NCBI GenBank assembly: GCA_963668675.2 | Contig: CAXXMB010000001.1 | Location: 320,001 to 384,000, forward strand | Direction of reading: 5' to 3' | DNA: 64,000 nt | DNA from: an uncultured Desulfatitalea sp. | Lineage (GTDB): Bacteria; Desulfobacterota; Desulfobacteria; Desulfobacterales; Desulfosarcinaceae | Shown: one piece after another, positions 9,855-20,953 of the stretch | How the letters are laid out: each line of letters begins with the position of its first letter | How positions within the stretch are numbered: position 1 is the stretch's first letter | Made by a program: the position numbers and the translations under genes | Notes under the pieces: model-generated | What the model saw: only the letters and a program-made list of their open reading frames with translations | Told to the model about the DNA's origin: nothing | Database searches by the model: none

Positions 9855-10262
9855 TCACTTCTTCGAAAGATCCTTCTTTAATTTCTTTTCAATGTCGGCG
9901 AACAGGTCCTTCTTCTTTTTTGCCTGTTGCTCCTTTATGGCAGCCACTTTCTCTGCCAGCTTGTCACGTTCGGATTGAAATTTTTTCAGTGCACTGTCCA
10001 GTTGGGTGACCTCCGTGTCCCTGGGAAGCTCTTCCAGCTTGGTGTGCGCTGCCACTGCCCACCGGTCGCCGAATGGGCTTGAAACCGCTTCGACGATTCC
10101 GGTTTCGCGCAGCCGTCGGCTGATGAGCCCGGCCTGTTCGTTTGAAAATCCGGTCAGTGAACAGATTTGATTCAAATCCGGCGGCGCGCCGTTCTGGTGT
10201 TCCAGAATTCGGATGGCGGCAACAAAGAGATGACCTTCCGAATATAGGCTTTTATCTTCCAT
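9855..10262 (-). CDS. Hypothetical protein, winged-helix-like N-terminus plus Lys-rich coiled coil
   Basis: AAAGGAG RBS before ATG at 10262 (track ORF is over-extended); HTH-like PDLNQICSLTGFSNEQAGLISRRLRETGIV. Confidence 0.7.
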   Translation of the reverse strand: MEDKSLYSEGHLFVAAIRILEHQNGAPPDLNQICSLTGFSNEQAGLISRRLRETGIVEAVSSPFGDRWAVAAHTKLEELPRDTEVTQLDSALKKFQSERDKLAEKVAAIKEQQAKKKKDLFADIEKKLKKDLSKK

Positions 10263-10383
10263 TTGGGATATCGCTCCTTTGTTTCGTTTTCCCAACGAGC
10301 TAACAGGTAACCCGGGCAATCTTGCCGGCCATTGAATTTGTCGTTCGACAAACAGTAACTCCCTTAAAAAGCAGGCCATCTGC

Positions 10384-10412
10384 TTGACAAGCATAGGCCG
10401 GCAGAGTAACAT
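10384..10412 (+). promoter_or_regulatory. Putative sigma70 promoter for eno
   Basis: TTGACA-17 nt-TAACAT. Confidence 0.6.
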
Positions 10413-10552
10413 GCGCCCGTAATTTGTCAAGTCATTACAAGCTGTCTCAAATCGTTGACGATGTTTATGGACACGCTTCGAGGATTTATTCTTTTTTTCA
10501 TCTATAGCGGGCGGCTTTCTGCAATGTGGCTGGATACAGAGCAAGTATCTGA

Positions 10553-11884
<1,332 letters not shown>

Positions 11885-11912
11885 TCAGATATAAGAGGTG
11901 GGGCCTTCGTAT

Positions 11913-12812
11913 ATGAAAAACATTGACCCAAAAGGAATCGAGGGACCTTCGTCCCAATGGGGTCGTTCCTGTCTGAAACGGATCCGGCCGGTGGCGGGAA
12001 TGGCAATGGTTTTGATACTGTTGTCCCTTCCTGCCCAAGGCCATGTTCTGGAAGGTCCTCACATTTTGGAGTTGATGGCGCAGACCCTTGCTGGCGCTAA
12101 GACCTTGAAGGTTGAGCAGCAGGTGATGGTCGAGGATGATGCTTTCCTCGACCAGTCACTGACGTTGAGTGAAACCCTGATCTATGCTTTCCCAGACCGG
12201 TTCCGTTCGGACACCAGGAGTGAAGAGAGCAGCCGCATTTACGTGCAATCCGGCAGCGCATCGCTCACCATTGTCGATGGTTACAGGACGGAAGCCGGTG
12301 CAAGTCGTTATGACAAGTATATCAATCTCCTTCTTCATCGTTCCCGTACTCCGCTTCATATAATGCTGCTTTCAAACGATGTGGATGTAGAAAAGACCAG
12401 CTTGGGACGGTTTGAGGATCGTGTGGTGTACGTTGTCGGCGCTCAGTACCCCGATGAATCCATCTCCCAGGTGTGGGTGGACAAGGAGAGTCTGTTACCC
12501 CTGAGGTGGATCGATGTATCAAGAAAGGATCCTCAGGATCGCGTTGAGTTCATATATCGGGAGTGGCAAAAGAGAAACAACCTCTGGTACCCGACCCGCA
12601 TCGAAATCCGGCATCGCCAGGTGCCGGTTCGGCGCATCGTAGTGGCCGCCCTGCAAGTGGATATCGAATTGTCGAACGACCTTTTTGATATGGCCCTGCT
12701 GCTGCAGGCTTTTCCATCAGAAGAGCAGCGTCTGCCTCTGGGGCCGACAGAGACCGATGTCGACGAAGTAGAGCGGACCATCGAACAGTTCCAGAAAAAA
12801 TTCGAGGATTGA
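11913..12812 (+). CDS. Exported hypothetical protein, LolA/LppX-like beta-rich fold
   Basis: Hydrophobic signal-like segment ending LPAQG; FPDRFRSD and QVWVDKESLLPLR patterns. True start uncertain. Confidence 0.6.
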   Translation: MKNIDPKGIEGPSSQWGRSCLKRIRPVAGMAMVLILLSLPAQGHVLEGPHILELMAQTLAGAKTLKVEQQVMVEDDAFLDQSLTLSETLIYAFPDRFRSDTRSEESSRIYVQSGSASLTIVDGYRTEAGASRYDKYINLLLHRSRTPLHIMLLSNDVDVEKTSLGRFEDRVVYVVGAQYPDESISQVWVDKESLLPLRWIDVSRKDPQDRVEFIYREWQKRNNLWYPTRIEIRHRQVPVRRIVVAALQVDIELSNDLFDMALLLQAFPSEEQRLPLGPTETDVDEVERTIEQFQKKFED

Positions 12813-12933
12813 TCGGCCTGCCAACAATACAGGGCCGTGCTGTCCGGAGGTTCATGCCTCTCATGTCTGTGGGAACTGTTCCTGCCATCAAATCCTTCTT
12901 TCACATCCTCAGTGTTTATGGTAACTAAAATAG

Positions 12934-14622
<1,689 letters not shown>

Positions 14623-14799
14623 CCCCCCTTCAACTGACTGTTGAGATGGCATAAGGCGTTTTTCTCCCATGTGGCAAAAGAGACCACTGCGCCGAATTGT
14701 GTTGTGTTGCCAAAATATTGTCGCTTTCCTTAGTTTTAGCCGGCATTGGAAGTTACATAAGATTCAGTAAATATATGATAAAATGCATATTTATGGTTT

Positions 14800-14815
14800 T
14801 GGTACGCATATTGCT
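14800..14815 (+). promoter_or_regulatory. Sigma54 (-24/-12) promoter
   Basis: TGGTAC-GCATA-TTGCT preceded by an AT-rich tract. Confidence 0.7.
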
Positions 14816-14904
14816 TTTACTGATGTCGTAACTACAGACGGCGGTTTTGGGGCGTTGTGGCATATTCATCGAAAATTCAGAATACCAGGAAAGGACGGCT
14901 CTTT

Positions 14905-15057
14905 ATGAAAGAAAATTCGAAAGTGAGACCGTTCCCTATCAAATGGGATTATTTGGATGAACTCATGGGACGGGAAAACGTTGATGAAATGGGGCTTTTG
15001 GATCTAATTTTTATTGAAGAGATTTTAAGTCAAAAGAAACATGATAAGGCCGTATAG
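14905..15057 (+). CDS. Small hypothetical protein (50 aa)
   Basis: AGGAAAGGA RBS; MKENSKVRPFPIKWDYLDELMGRENVDEMGLLDLIFIEEILSQKKHDKAV*; about 90 nt downstream of a sigma54 site. Confidence 0.55.
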   Translation: MKENSKVRPFPIKWDYLDELMGRENVDEMGLLDLIFIEEILSQKKHDKAV

Positions 15058-15161
15058 ACGTAACGAGCCGTTTCGCCACGCTGGAACTCCCACCAAAAAG
15101 GTTCCACTTCTGGAAAACAAGTGCCTCAAAAATGAAAAACATCTCAAAAGTGATCTGATGG

Positions 15162-15204
15162 GATGATAGAAGGCAGGCGGGCATAAAGCGCCCGCCCGAT
15201 CATC
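15162..15204. repeat. Single REP-like hairpin between convergent genes, possibly a terminator
   Basis: GGCGGGCATAAAGCGCCCGCC, same core as the REPs at 34011 and 57422. Confidence 0.6.
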
Positions 15205-15312
15205 ATTTTACGGTATCGTCTTTTCGTGGTTGGCTATAGGCAGGTAATGGCCATAGAAAGCCGATCGCTGCCCAGTCATTGGTGCTTGCAATCGTAGGAC
15301 GCACTCACTTCT

Positions 15313-15543
15313 CTACTCGATGATTTCGAGTACGGTCCGTTTTTTTACTTTGGATGAAACTGCACTTAGGATGGTTCGCATCGCTTGGGCGGTTCTTCCC
15401 TGCTTTCCAATAACCTTGCCTAAATCTTCTTTGGCCACCTTCAATTCCAATACGGTTGTTTGATTGCCTTCTACTTCGCTAACAGCAACTGCATCAGGAT
15501 GATCTACCAATGACTGCGCAATGAAACTAATCAGCTCCTTCAT
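15313..15543 (-). CDS. khpA: KH-domain RNA-binding protein (KhpA/YlqC family)
   Basis: [19 protein letters not shown]...[25 protein letters not shown]. Confidence 0.9.
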   Translation of the reverse strand: MKELISFIAQSLVDHPDAVAVSEVEGNQTTVLELKVAKEDLGKVIGKQGRTAQAMRTILSAVSSKVKKRTVLEIIE

Positions 15544-15652
15544 GTCACCTCTCCTTCTTAACGACGGTTTGAATCGAACCCTAGATTGAACGCTAAACGG
15601 ATTCAACTGCAATAGCGTCAGTACGGATGGGGTGGTGGGTGTGTTAGGAAAT

Positions 15653-15680
15653 ATTATACCAATATATTGCCAAAAGGCAA
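15653..15680 (-). promoter_or_regulatory. Sigma70 promoter for khpA
   Basis: Minus strand TTGCCT-16 nt-TATAAT with extended -10 TG. Confidence 0.6.
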
Positions 15681-15832
15681 TACTAAATAAATGACCATAA
15701 AATACGGTATAAAATTAGGTAATATTATTAAAAAAGTAAAAATAATAAGCAAGTTAACCCATATGTGGTTTTGGGAAGGTGACTCGAAAAATGTACCTGT
15801 TTTTATGGTTTACTTCTCCAAACTCAGAAAAG

Positions 15833-15967
15833 TGATGAAATCGTATAAAGTCTGCCACCCGTCATGCCGGACTTGATCCGGCCTCCAGAGGTCATTGAAA
15901 AGACGATGTTCCGACTTTCGCCGGAATGACGATACAGGTGTTTTGTTTAATTTTTGCAAACTCATCA
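15833..15967. mobile_element. MITE-like element with GTCAT/ATGAC palindromic core
   Basis: Imperfect terminal IRs TGATGAAATCGTATAAA / TTTTTGCAAACTCATCA enclosing CGTCATGCCGGACTTGATCCGG...TTTCGCCGGAATGACG; core related to 42235-42296. Confidence 0.65.
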
Positions 15968-16026
15968 AGAGTGGAATTTACAGAAATGGAGGCCAAACAG
16001 TCGGCACACTTCAGATCTGTTCAAGC

Positions 16027-16062
16027 AAAAGAAGCAGCCCTTCAATGAGAGAAGGGCTGCTT
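16027..16062 (-). terminator. Intrinsic terminator of the binding-protein gene
   Basis: Perfect 12-bp stem AAGCAGCCCTTC/GAAGGGCTGCTT with a U-rich tail on the minus strand. Confidence 0.75.
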
Positions 16063-16123
16063 GCATGCGAGGTGCCGTTTTTTTTATTCGAATTACGAAA
16101 GAGTAAAGAGCGAAATTACATTT

Positions 16124-17470
16124 CTATTTTTTATAGGCTGCCACGACCCACGGCGGTATGACATAGGGTTGCAACCCTTTGTAGCTCAGCTTGTTTGGCT
16201 TGGCCGGTGGTTCCACACTATACTCCCAGTAAGGGCTCACCCATTTAAAATGTGGCCAAACCGCAACTTGCTTTCCATCCTGCCATTGGATACCCATGGA
16301 AGTGGTGTAGCCCGGTCCATACTTGATGTCATGAAGGTGGCGACCATCTGCATCTTTTTCATAGGCTGTTAATCCGGCCGCTGTTTTGAATATGCCATTC
16401 TCCAGTTCTTTTATCACCTTATTCGGATTGGTTGAGCCGGCCTTTTGTATAGAAACGTCAAGTGTGCCTTTAATTATACTGTAAGTACCTGCTGTATAAC
16501 TGGGTACTTCGCCATAACGCTTGATGTATCCGTCCACGAATGGTCTAGTCATTTCATTATATTCAGCACCCGGGCAGAAGGTATTTTGATGCATCACGAA
16601 GTTGGCCATCCCTTGGGTCGCATCCCAGAAATCATCTTTGGCTGCTACGACATTGATGCCAACTTGAACCGCTGGTATTTTCATCTCTCCAGCTTGTCTG
16701 GCCAGCGGGATACCCACTGGTCCAGAAATCATCGTTAAAATCATGTGGCATCCGACGCGTTGGATGGCTGATAGTTCTGCCGTCACATCCGTGGCAGTCG
16801 AAGACGGGCGCCATGTACCAACGACTTCAGCACCCATCATAGGGAGAAATGCTTCGGCGGCCTTGGTCATCCCGTCGGTCCACATGGCTTTTTCAGCGAC
16901 GATTGCAATGCGAACGCGATCGATCGCGAGATTCTTTTTTAGCTCTGTTGCCACACTTCTGACTTGGGCGAAAAGGCCTTTAACCAGATAGTTTGAATTA
17001 AAAACCGCTCCGCGAAACCAATATTTGTATCGGTCGTAATCTTTTGCCACCCTTAGGCAAAGCTCCGGATGGGCAGGACCCGCTCCTATGAATAGTATCT
17101 TATTGTCCATTGCGATATCCTGCATCGCCAGCACTGCTTCGGATCTGAACCCGCCGATGACAAAATCAACCTTATCGCGAAGTATTAATTTTTCCATCGC
17201 ATTGGTAGCATCGGCAATGTTGATGAATTCATTTGAATCGGCTTTTACCAGTTGGATCTTCATTCGCTGATTGCCGACGTTGAGACCGCCTGTTGCATTG
17301 ATCTCGTCGGCGGCCATGACAGCTCCATTCCATTGTGCTTTCCCCTGGCTGAATTTCATCGGGCCGATGATACCTATTTTGATTGTGTTTGCCCCCCAGC
17401 ACGGCACACTCACGGCAAACACTAACATGCATATGAATGAAATAAAGCTGAATCGATTGAATCTTCTCAT
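16124..17470 (-). CDS. ABC transporter substrate-binding protein, Leu/Ile/Val (type 1 PBP) family, orphan
   Basis: Signal peptide, IKIGIIGP, AADEINATGGL, VDFVIGGFRSE, IQWQDGKQVAVWP. Confidence 0.88.
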   Translation of the reverse strand: MRRFNRFSFISFICMLVFAVSVPCWGANTIKIGIIGPMKFSQGKAQWNGAVMAADEINATGGLNVGNQRMKIQLVKADSNEFINIADATNAMEKLILRDKVDFVIGGFRSEAVLAMQDIAMDNKILFIGAGPAHPELCLRVAKDYDRYKYWFRGAVFNSNYLVKGLFAQVRSVATELKKNLAIDRVRIAIVAEKAMWTDGMTKAAEAFLPMMGAEVVGTWRPSSTATDVTAELSAIQRVGCHMILTMISGPVGIPLARQAGEMKIPAVQVGINVVAAKDDFWDATQGMANFVMHQNTFCPGAEYNEMTRPFVDGYIKRYGEVPSYTAGTYSIIKGTLDVSIQKAGSTNPNKVIKELENGIFKTAAGLTAYEKDADGRHLHDIKYGPGYTTSMGIQWQDGKQVAVWPHFKWVSPYWEYSVEPPAKPNKLSYKGLQPYVIPPWVVAAYKK

Positions 17471-17709
17471 AAAGCTACCCCCTTTTCCGATGCAGTTTGG
17501 GCTATGCTTAAACTGTTGCAACATACCATACGTATTGTGAAAATGATACCATATCCGGGTCCTAGCCTAATATCGACCAACTTGCGGCAATTATTAGCAC
17601 GAAATGAAAAAACTTTACGCATCGTGTCTAAATTATTATCGTTTTGATCCCTTTTTTATATTTAATTTTGAATGATACCAAACATTTGAAATCGTTGTCA
17701 ACTCGTGGT

Positions 17710-18588
17710 TTAAAAGGGGGGGGCAATTGGCAGGACAAATTTGAAAAGGGCGCCATTTCCCAATTCACTGTCGATGGTAATATCGCCACCCATCGAGCGT
17801 GCCAGAATACGGGCGACCGCCAGACCCAAACCATGGCCGCTGCGGGCCACCTCGGCCGAGGCGATCACCTGCTTGTAGCGTTCAAATATCTCCTCATGGT
17901 GCTCGGCCGCAATGCCGGGGCCGTCATCCCTTATGGCAACGGAGAGCTGCTCGCGTTGATACGAAAGGTGGACGAGCAGTTGGCGACGCCGATAGTATAA
18001 TCCGTTTTTTATTAAGTTACTGATAATCTGGCTGAACTTGGTTTCATCCTGTAGGATGGTTTCATCTTTTGCAGAAGGGGCGATGTCGACGCGGATGCCG
18101 TTCTTGGATAAAATAGAGACGCCTTCAGAGATGCGGGGCATCTGTTTTATCTCTTCGTAAAGATCGGGTGCGTCTCTCTCTATCACTTCGAAGAGTACCT
18201 TTTGCAATGATGTGATGGGGTTGAATCGCTGCGGGTTAAAACATTCAGATTCCGCGCGGCCCACCTCAAGCAGTTCGTTGAGCATCTCTCGGGTTTTGCA
18301 CGCATTTCTTAGTATCCGCGCCAGTGTGCGCTCCTGAACTCGACTGAGGGGGGCTGATGGGTTCGCCTTTTCAATCAGCAGGCGGACACCGGTTTCAATG
18401 ATACTCACCGGATCCTTCAGTTCATGCACGAGGAATTCGATGTTCACTTCTCGAAAAAACGAGCGGTTCTCTTTCGCCAAGAGTGGATCGATGCCGGCAC
18501 CGTTATCCGTCTGCCCCTTTTCTCCCGAATCTGTTTCTCTGATTTCTGGTGCTGGCATTTTCTCTTTTTCGGGATTGGCTTCGGTCAT
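17710..18588 (-). CDS. Cytoplasmic histidine kinase (HisKA + HATPase, no sensor domain)
   Basis: H-box LVHELKDP, N-box NLIKNG, G1 DDGPGI, F-box IFERY, G2 GHGLGL. Confidence 0.9.
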   Translation of the reverse strand: MTEANPEKEKMPAPEIRETDSGEKGQTDNGAGIDPLLAKENRSFFREVNIEFLVHELKDPVSIIETGVRLLIEKANPSAPLSRVQERTLARILRNACKTREMLNELLEVGRAESECFNPQRFNPITSLQKVLFEVIERDAPDLYEEIKQMPRISEGVSILSKNGIRVDIAPSAKDETILQDETKFSQIISNLIKNGLYYRRRQLLVHLSYQREQLSVAIRDDGPGIAAEHHEEIFERYKQVIASAEVARSGHGLGLAVARILARSMGGDITIDSELGNGALFKFVLPIAPPF

Positions 18589-19619
18589 ATTTTCCCACCG
18601 TTCTGCTCCGAATCATCCAGGCAATGTCCATCCTCATCAGATCGGAAAGTTGATGTATCGTCCGGTGCCATTGATAGGGTATCCACCATACCGCTATCGT
18701 CCTGCCGTTGGCGTAAAATATCTTCCATCTCATATTCGATGGTCAACAGCCTCGCCAGGTTGCGTTGGGCGCGATCATAAATGTTGAGCCAGGAGGTGTC
18801 CGGCGATAGGTTCAGAGGCTTGCGCAACAGCTTCAATGAGGCCATCAATACCGCCAGGGGCGTTTTGAGTGCGTGGGAGATTTGGTGGATCACGCGGTCT
18901 TTGGCGCGGTTGAAATCTTTCATCTGGCGGTAATAGCCGGCCAACGATTCTCGTATGCGGATATTCTCCATTGCCAGTGCGGTGACGCCTGCAACTGAGG
19001 CAAGCAGGTCGACATCCGATTGAATGAAATCCCCCTCTTTTTTATTGATCGCACTGAGGACCCCTACCTTTCGGCCCAGCGTTTTCAGGGGGACGTCCAC
19101 GCGGTTGAAAATCCAATTGGGAATCGATTTGCCGGACGACTGATCACACTGGGAGCTGTCTTGGTAGTCATTGACGATCATCGGGCTCCCTGTATCGAAC
19201 ACCCGATCGCCAGTGGTTTTTTCGAAGCGGCGGCTTTCGTCCTCGAACCGAGCGGCGTGCCCGGCATGATGGAAGTTCACTGCTTTTACGACCAGTGCAT
19301 TCGCTCGCCTGTCCCACAACAGCACAGCACCGCCCTCCGCGGGGATCACCCTCGGGATCAACCGTGCGATGGTATCGAGCAGTTGATCCGGCTGCTTGAA
19401 ATCGTTGATGTTGGCGCAGAGCTGTGCAAAGGCGTCGAAAGGCTTATCCCTGAATTGGGCGTGGTCGTGCGCCTTTAAACCTTGAGCCTTCTGTCGGAAT
19501 TTACCGCCTGCTCCGTCTGGGGGCTCTTGTGGTGTCGTATTCGGCATTGGTGGACTGGGGACCTCTCCTGATGCGGGTGAAGTGCCAGAATGAAGACGGC
19601 CTGTTTGAGCTTGAGTCAC
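18585..19619 (-). CDS. GAF + HisKA-like protein lacking an ATPase domain
   Basis: GAF (VPLKTLGRKVGVLSAINKKEGDF..SDVDLL), SHALKTPL helix, then stop; ATGA overlap with the downstream kinase. Start uncertain. Confidence 0.8.
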   Translation of the reverse strand: MTQAQTGRLHSGTSPASGEVPSPPMPNTTPQEPPDGAGGKFRQKAQGLKAHDHAQFRDKPFDAFAQLCANINDFKQPDQLLDTIARLIPRVIPAEGGAVLLWDRRANALVVKAVNFHHAGHAARFEDESRRFEKTTGDRVFDTGSPMIVNDYQDSSQCDQSSGKSIPNWIFNRVDVPLKTLGRKVGVLSAINKKEGDFIQSDVDLLASVAGVTALAMENIRIRESLAGYYRQMKDFNRAKDRVIHQISHALKTPLAVLMASLKLLRKPLNLSPDTSWLNIYDRAQRNLARLLTIEYEMEDILRQRQDDSGMVDTLSMAPDDTSTFRSDEDGHCLDDSEQNGGKI

Positions 19620-19856
19620 AGCCAGGGATAGTGTAAAGCAAAAAGGCTGACTGGCTCATCCGGCGGTCCACGAAACGATCACGCCCAGCGACCGAAAAGC
19701 GGCTGTTTACCAGCAATTTGTAACAGCGTAAGATCTTTCGGCAAGCTTGCATTACTGTGGGAAAATTTAAAAAGGGTGTCAAGCAAAAATGGCGGTGGGT
19801 GTTCGTCATGGCGTGCAGGCATGTTCCCCAGAAAGCGTCACGGTTGATGGATACGC

Positions 19857-20897
19857 ATGTTCCAAGAGGTTGAAGTGACCATTTTCCTGAATTCAAAAAA
19901 GAAGGCCAGTTGCAGGTGTCTGCTTCGCTATATGGCCGTTCAATTCAATGCTTGGCTGGCCATGGGATATCGCCTGAAGGCATGGTGCGCAAGGGATGAG
20001 TATCGCCGCCTGAAAGCCGCAGGAAAAATGAAGAACTGGTCTGCTTTGAAACATCTCGCCTTGGAAGCGAATCAGCAGAGCATACGCCATCAGGCGGCCA
20101 TGCGGATTGAGAGTGAAGCGTTTTTGACAGCCGTCGCTTTAAATGCATGGGACATCGAACAGGGGCAACGTGTCGTTGAACGTATAGAGAACGAACTGCT
20201 GCTGAGACGGATCTCTTCTTCTGCACGGCAAGACGCCGTGAGGCTCTGTGCCGCTGAAAAGCTGGGAAATTCAAAAGTGCTAAAGCAGATTGCTCTTTCA
20301 TCGGCTGACCTTTCGTTGCGTTGGGAGGTGGCCCAGCGATTGAATGATCCGGATTTGATGGCCGATGTTGCGCTGTTCCATCCGTCCAGGACGCATACGG
20401 ATACGGTGCGCAAACTGGCGCATGAAGCCCTATTGCACTATCTGGATGAGCTGTCAGACCAGCGGCATTACAGTGCGTTGCTTGACTTTATTCATGCACA
20501 GGCGCACCTCCCATTTAAACTGGAGGCCTTTTTGCGTCTTCCCCAGGATTACATCTGCAATTCCACTTTGCAGTACCTGGCGCGTTTTGATTTTTTCTTG
20601 ATTCCCGATGAGATCATTCAGAGGGTGTTTGTAAAGATCCGCCAAGCGGGCTGGCATAACGGCATCCAGCCCAAATGCTTCTCTTGCAGGCAGTGCCAGG
20701 GAAAGGGGCACGTCCTGATAAAGACCATCTCTACCGGTCGCAAACCGCTCGAGAGCGATATCACGATCTGTCCGGAATGCTGCGGCAAAGGGTGGATCGA
20801 CTATTGGGAGGCGGTTTGCACCAGAGGTGAGCGCCAAATGGTCGTTTTCAGACTGCCCCATTCGGAGTTGCTGCAATCCGGATACCTGCCTGCATAA
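19857..20897 (+). CDS. Hypothetical protein, HEAT-like helical repeats plus DnaJ-type zinc finger
   Basis: Repeated VRLxAAxxL-type units; CRQCQGKG...CPECCGKG. Start uncertain. Confidence 0.7.
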   Translation: MFQEVEVTIFLNSKKKASCRCLLRYMAVQFNAWLAMGYRLKAWCARDEYRRLKAAGKMKNWSALKHLALEANQQSIRHQAAMRIESEAFLTAVALNAWDIEQGQRVVERIENELLLRRISSSARQDAVRLCAAEKLGNSKVLKQIALSSADLSLRWEVAQRLNDPDLMADVALFHPSRTHTDTVRKLAHEALLHYLDELSDQRHYSALLDFIHAQAHLPFKLEAFLRLPQDYICNSTLQYLARFDFFLIPDEIIQRVFVKIRQAGWHNGIQPKCFSCRQCQGKGHVLIKTISTGRKPLESDITICPECCGKGWIDYWEAVCTRGERQMVVFRLPHSELLQSGYLPA

Positions 20898-20953
20898 CGC
20901 GTCAACGGGCATATGGATATGAATCCATGATCCCTGCACTCCACCGGTAAACC

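Noticed and set aside
15691..16372. Short ORFs in the AT-rich gap (15691-15876, 15895-16161, 16061-16372)
   Set aside because: They overlap the MITE-like element, the terminator or the antisense strand of the binding-protein gene; no RBS or motifs.
18560..18720. Frameshift or read-through joining the two kinase genes
   Set aside because: Each ORF has its own H-box and they show a standard ATGA overlap; no slippery site recognised.
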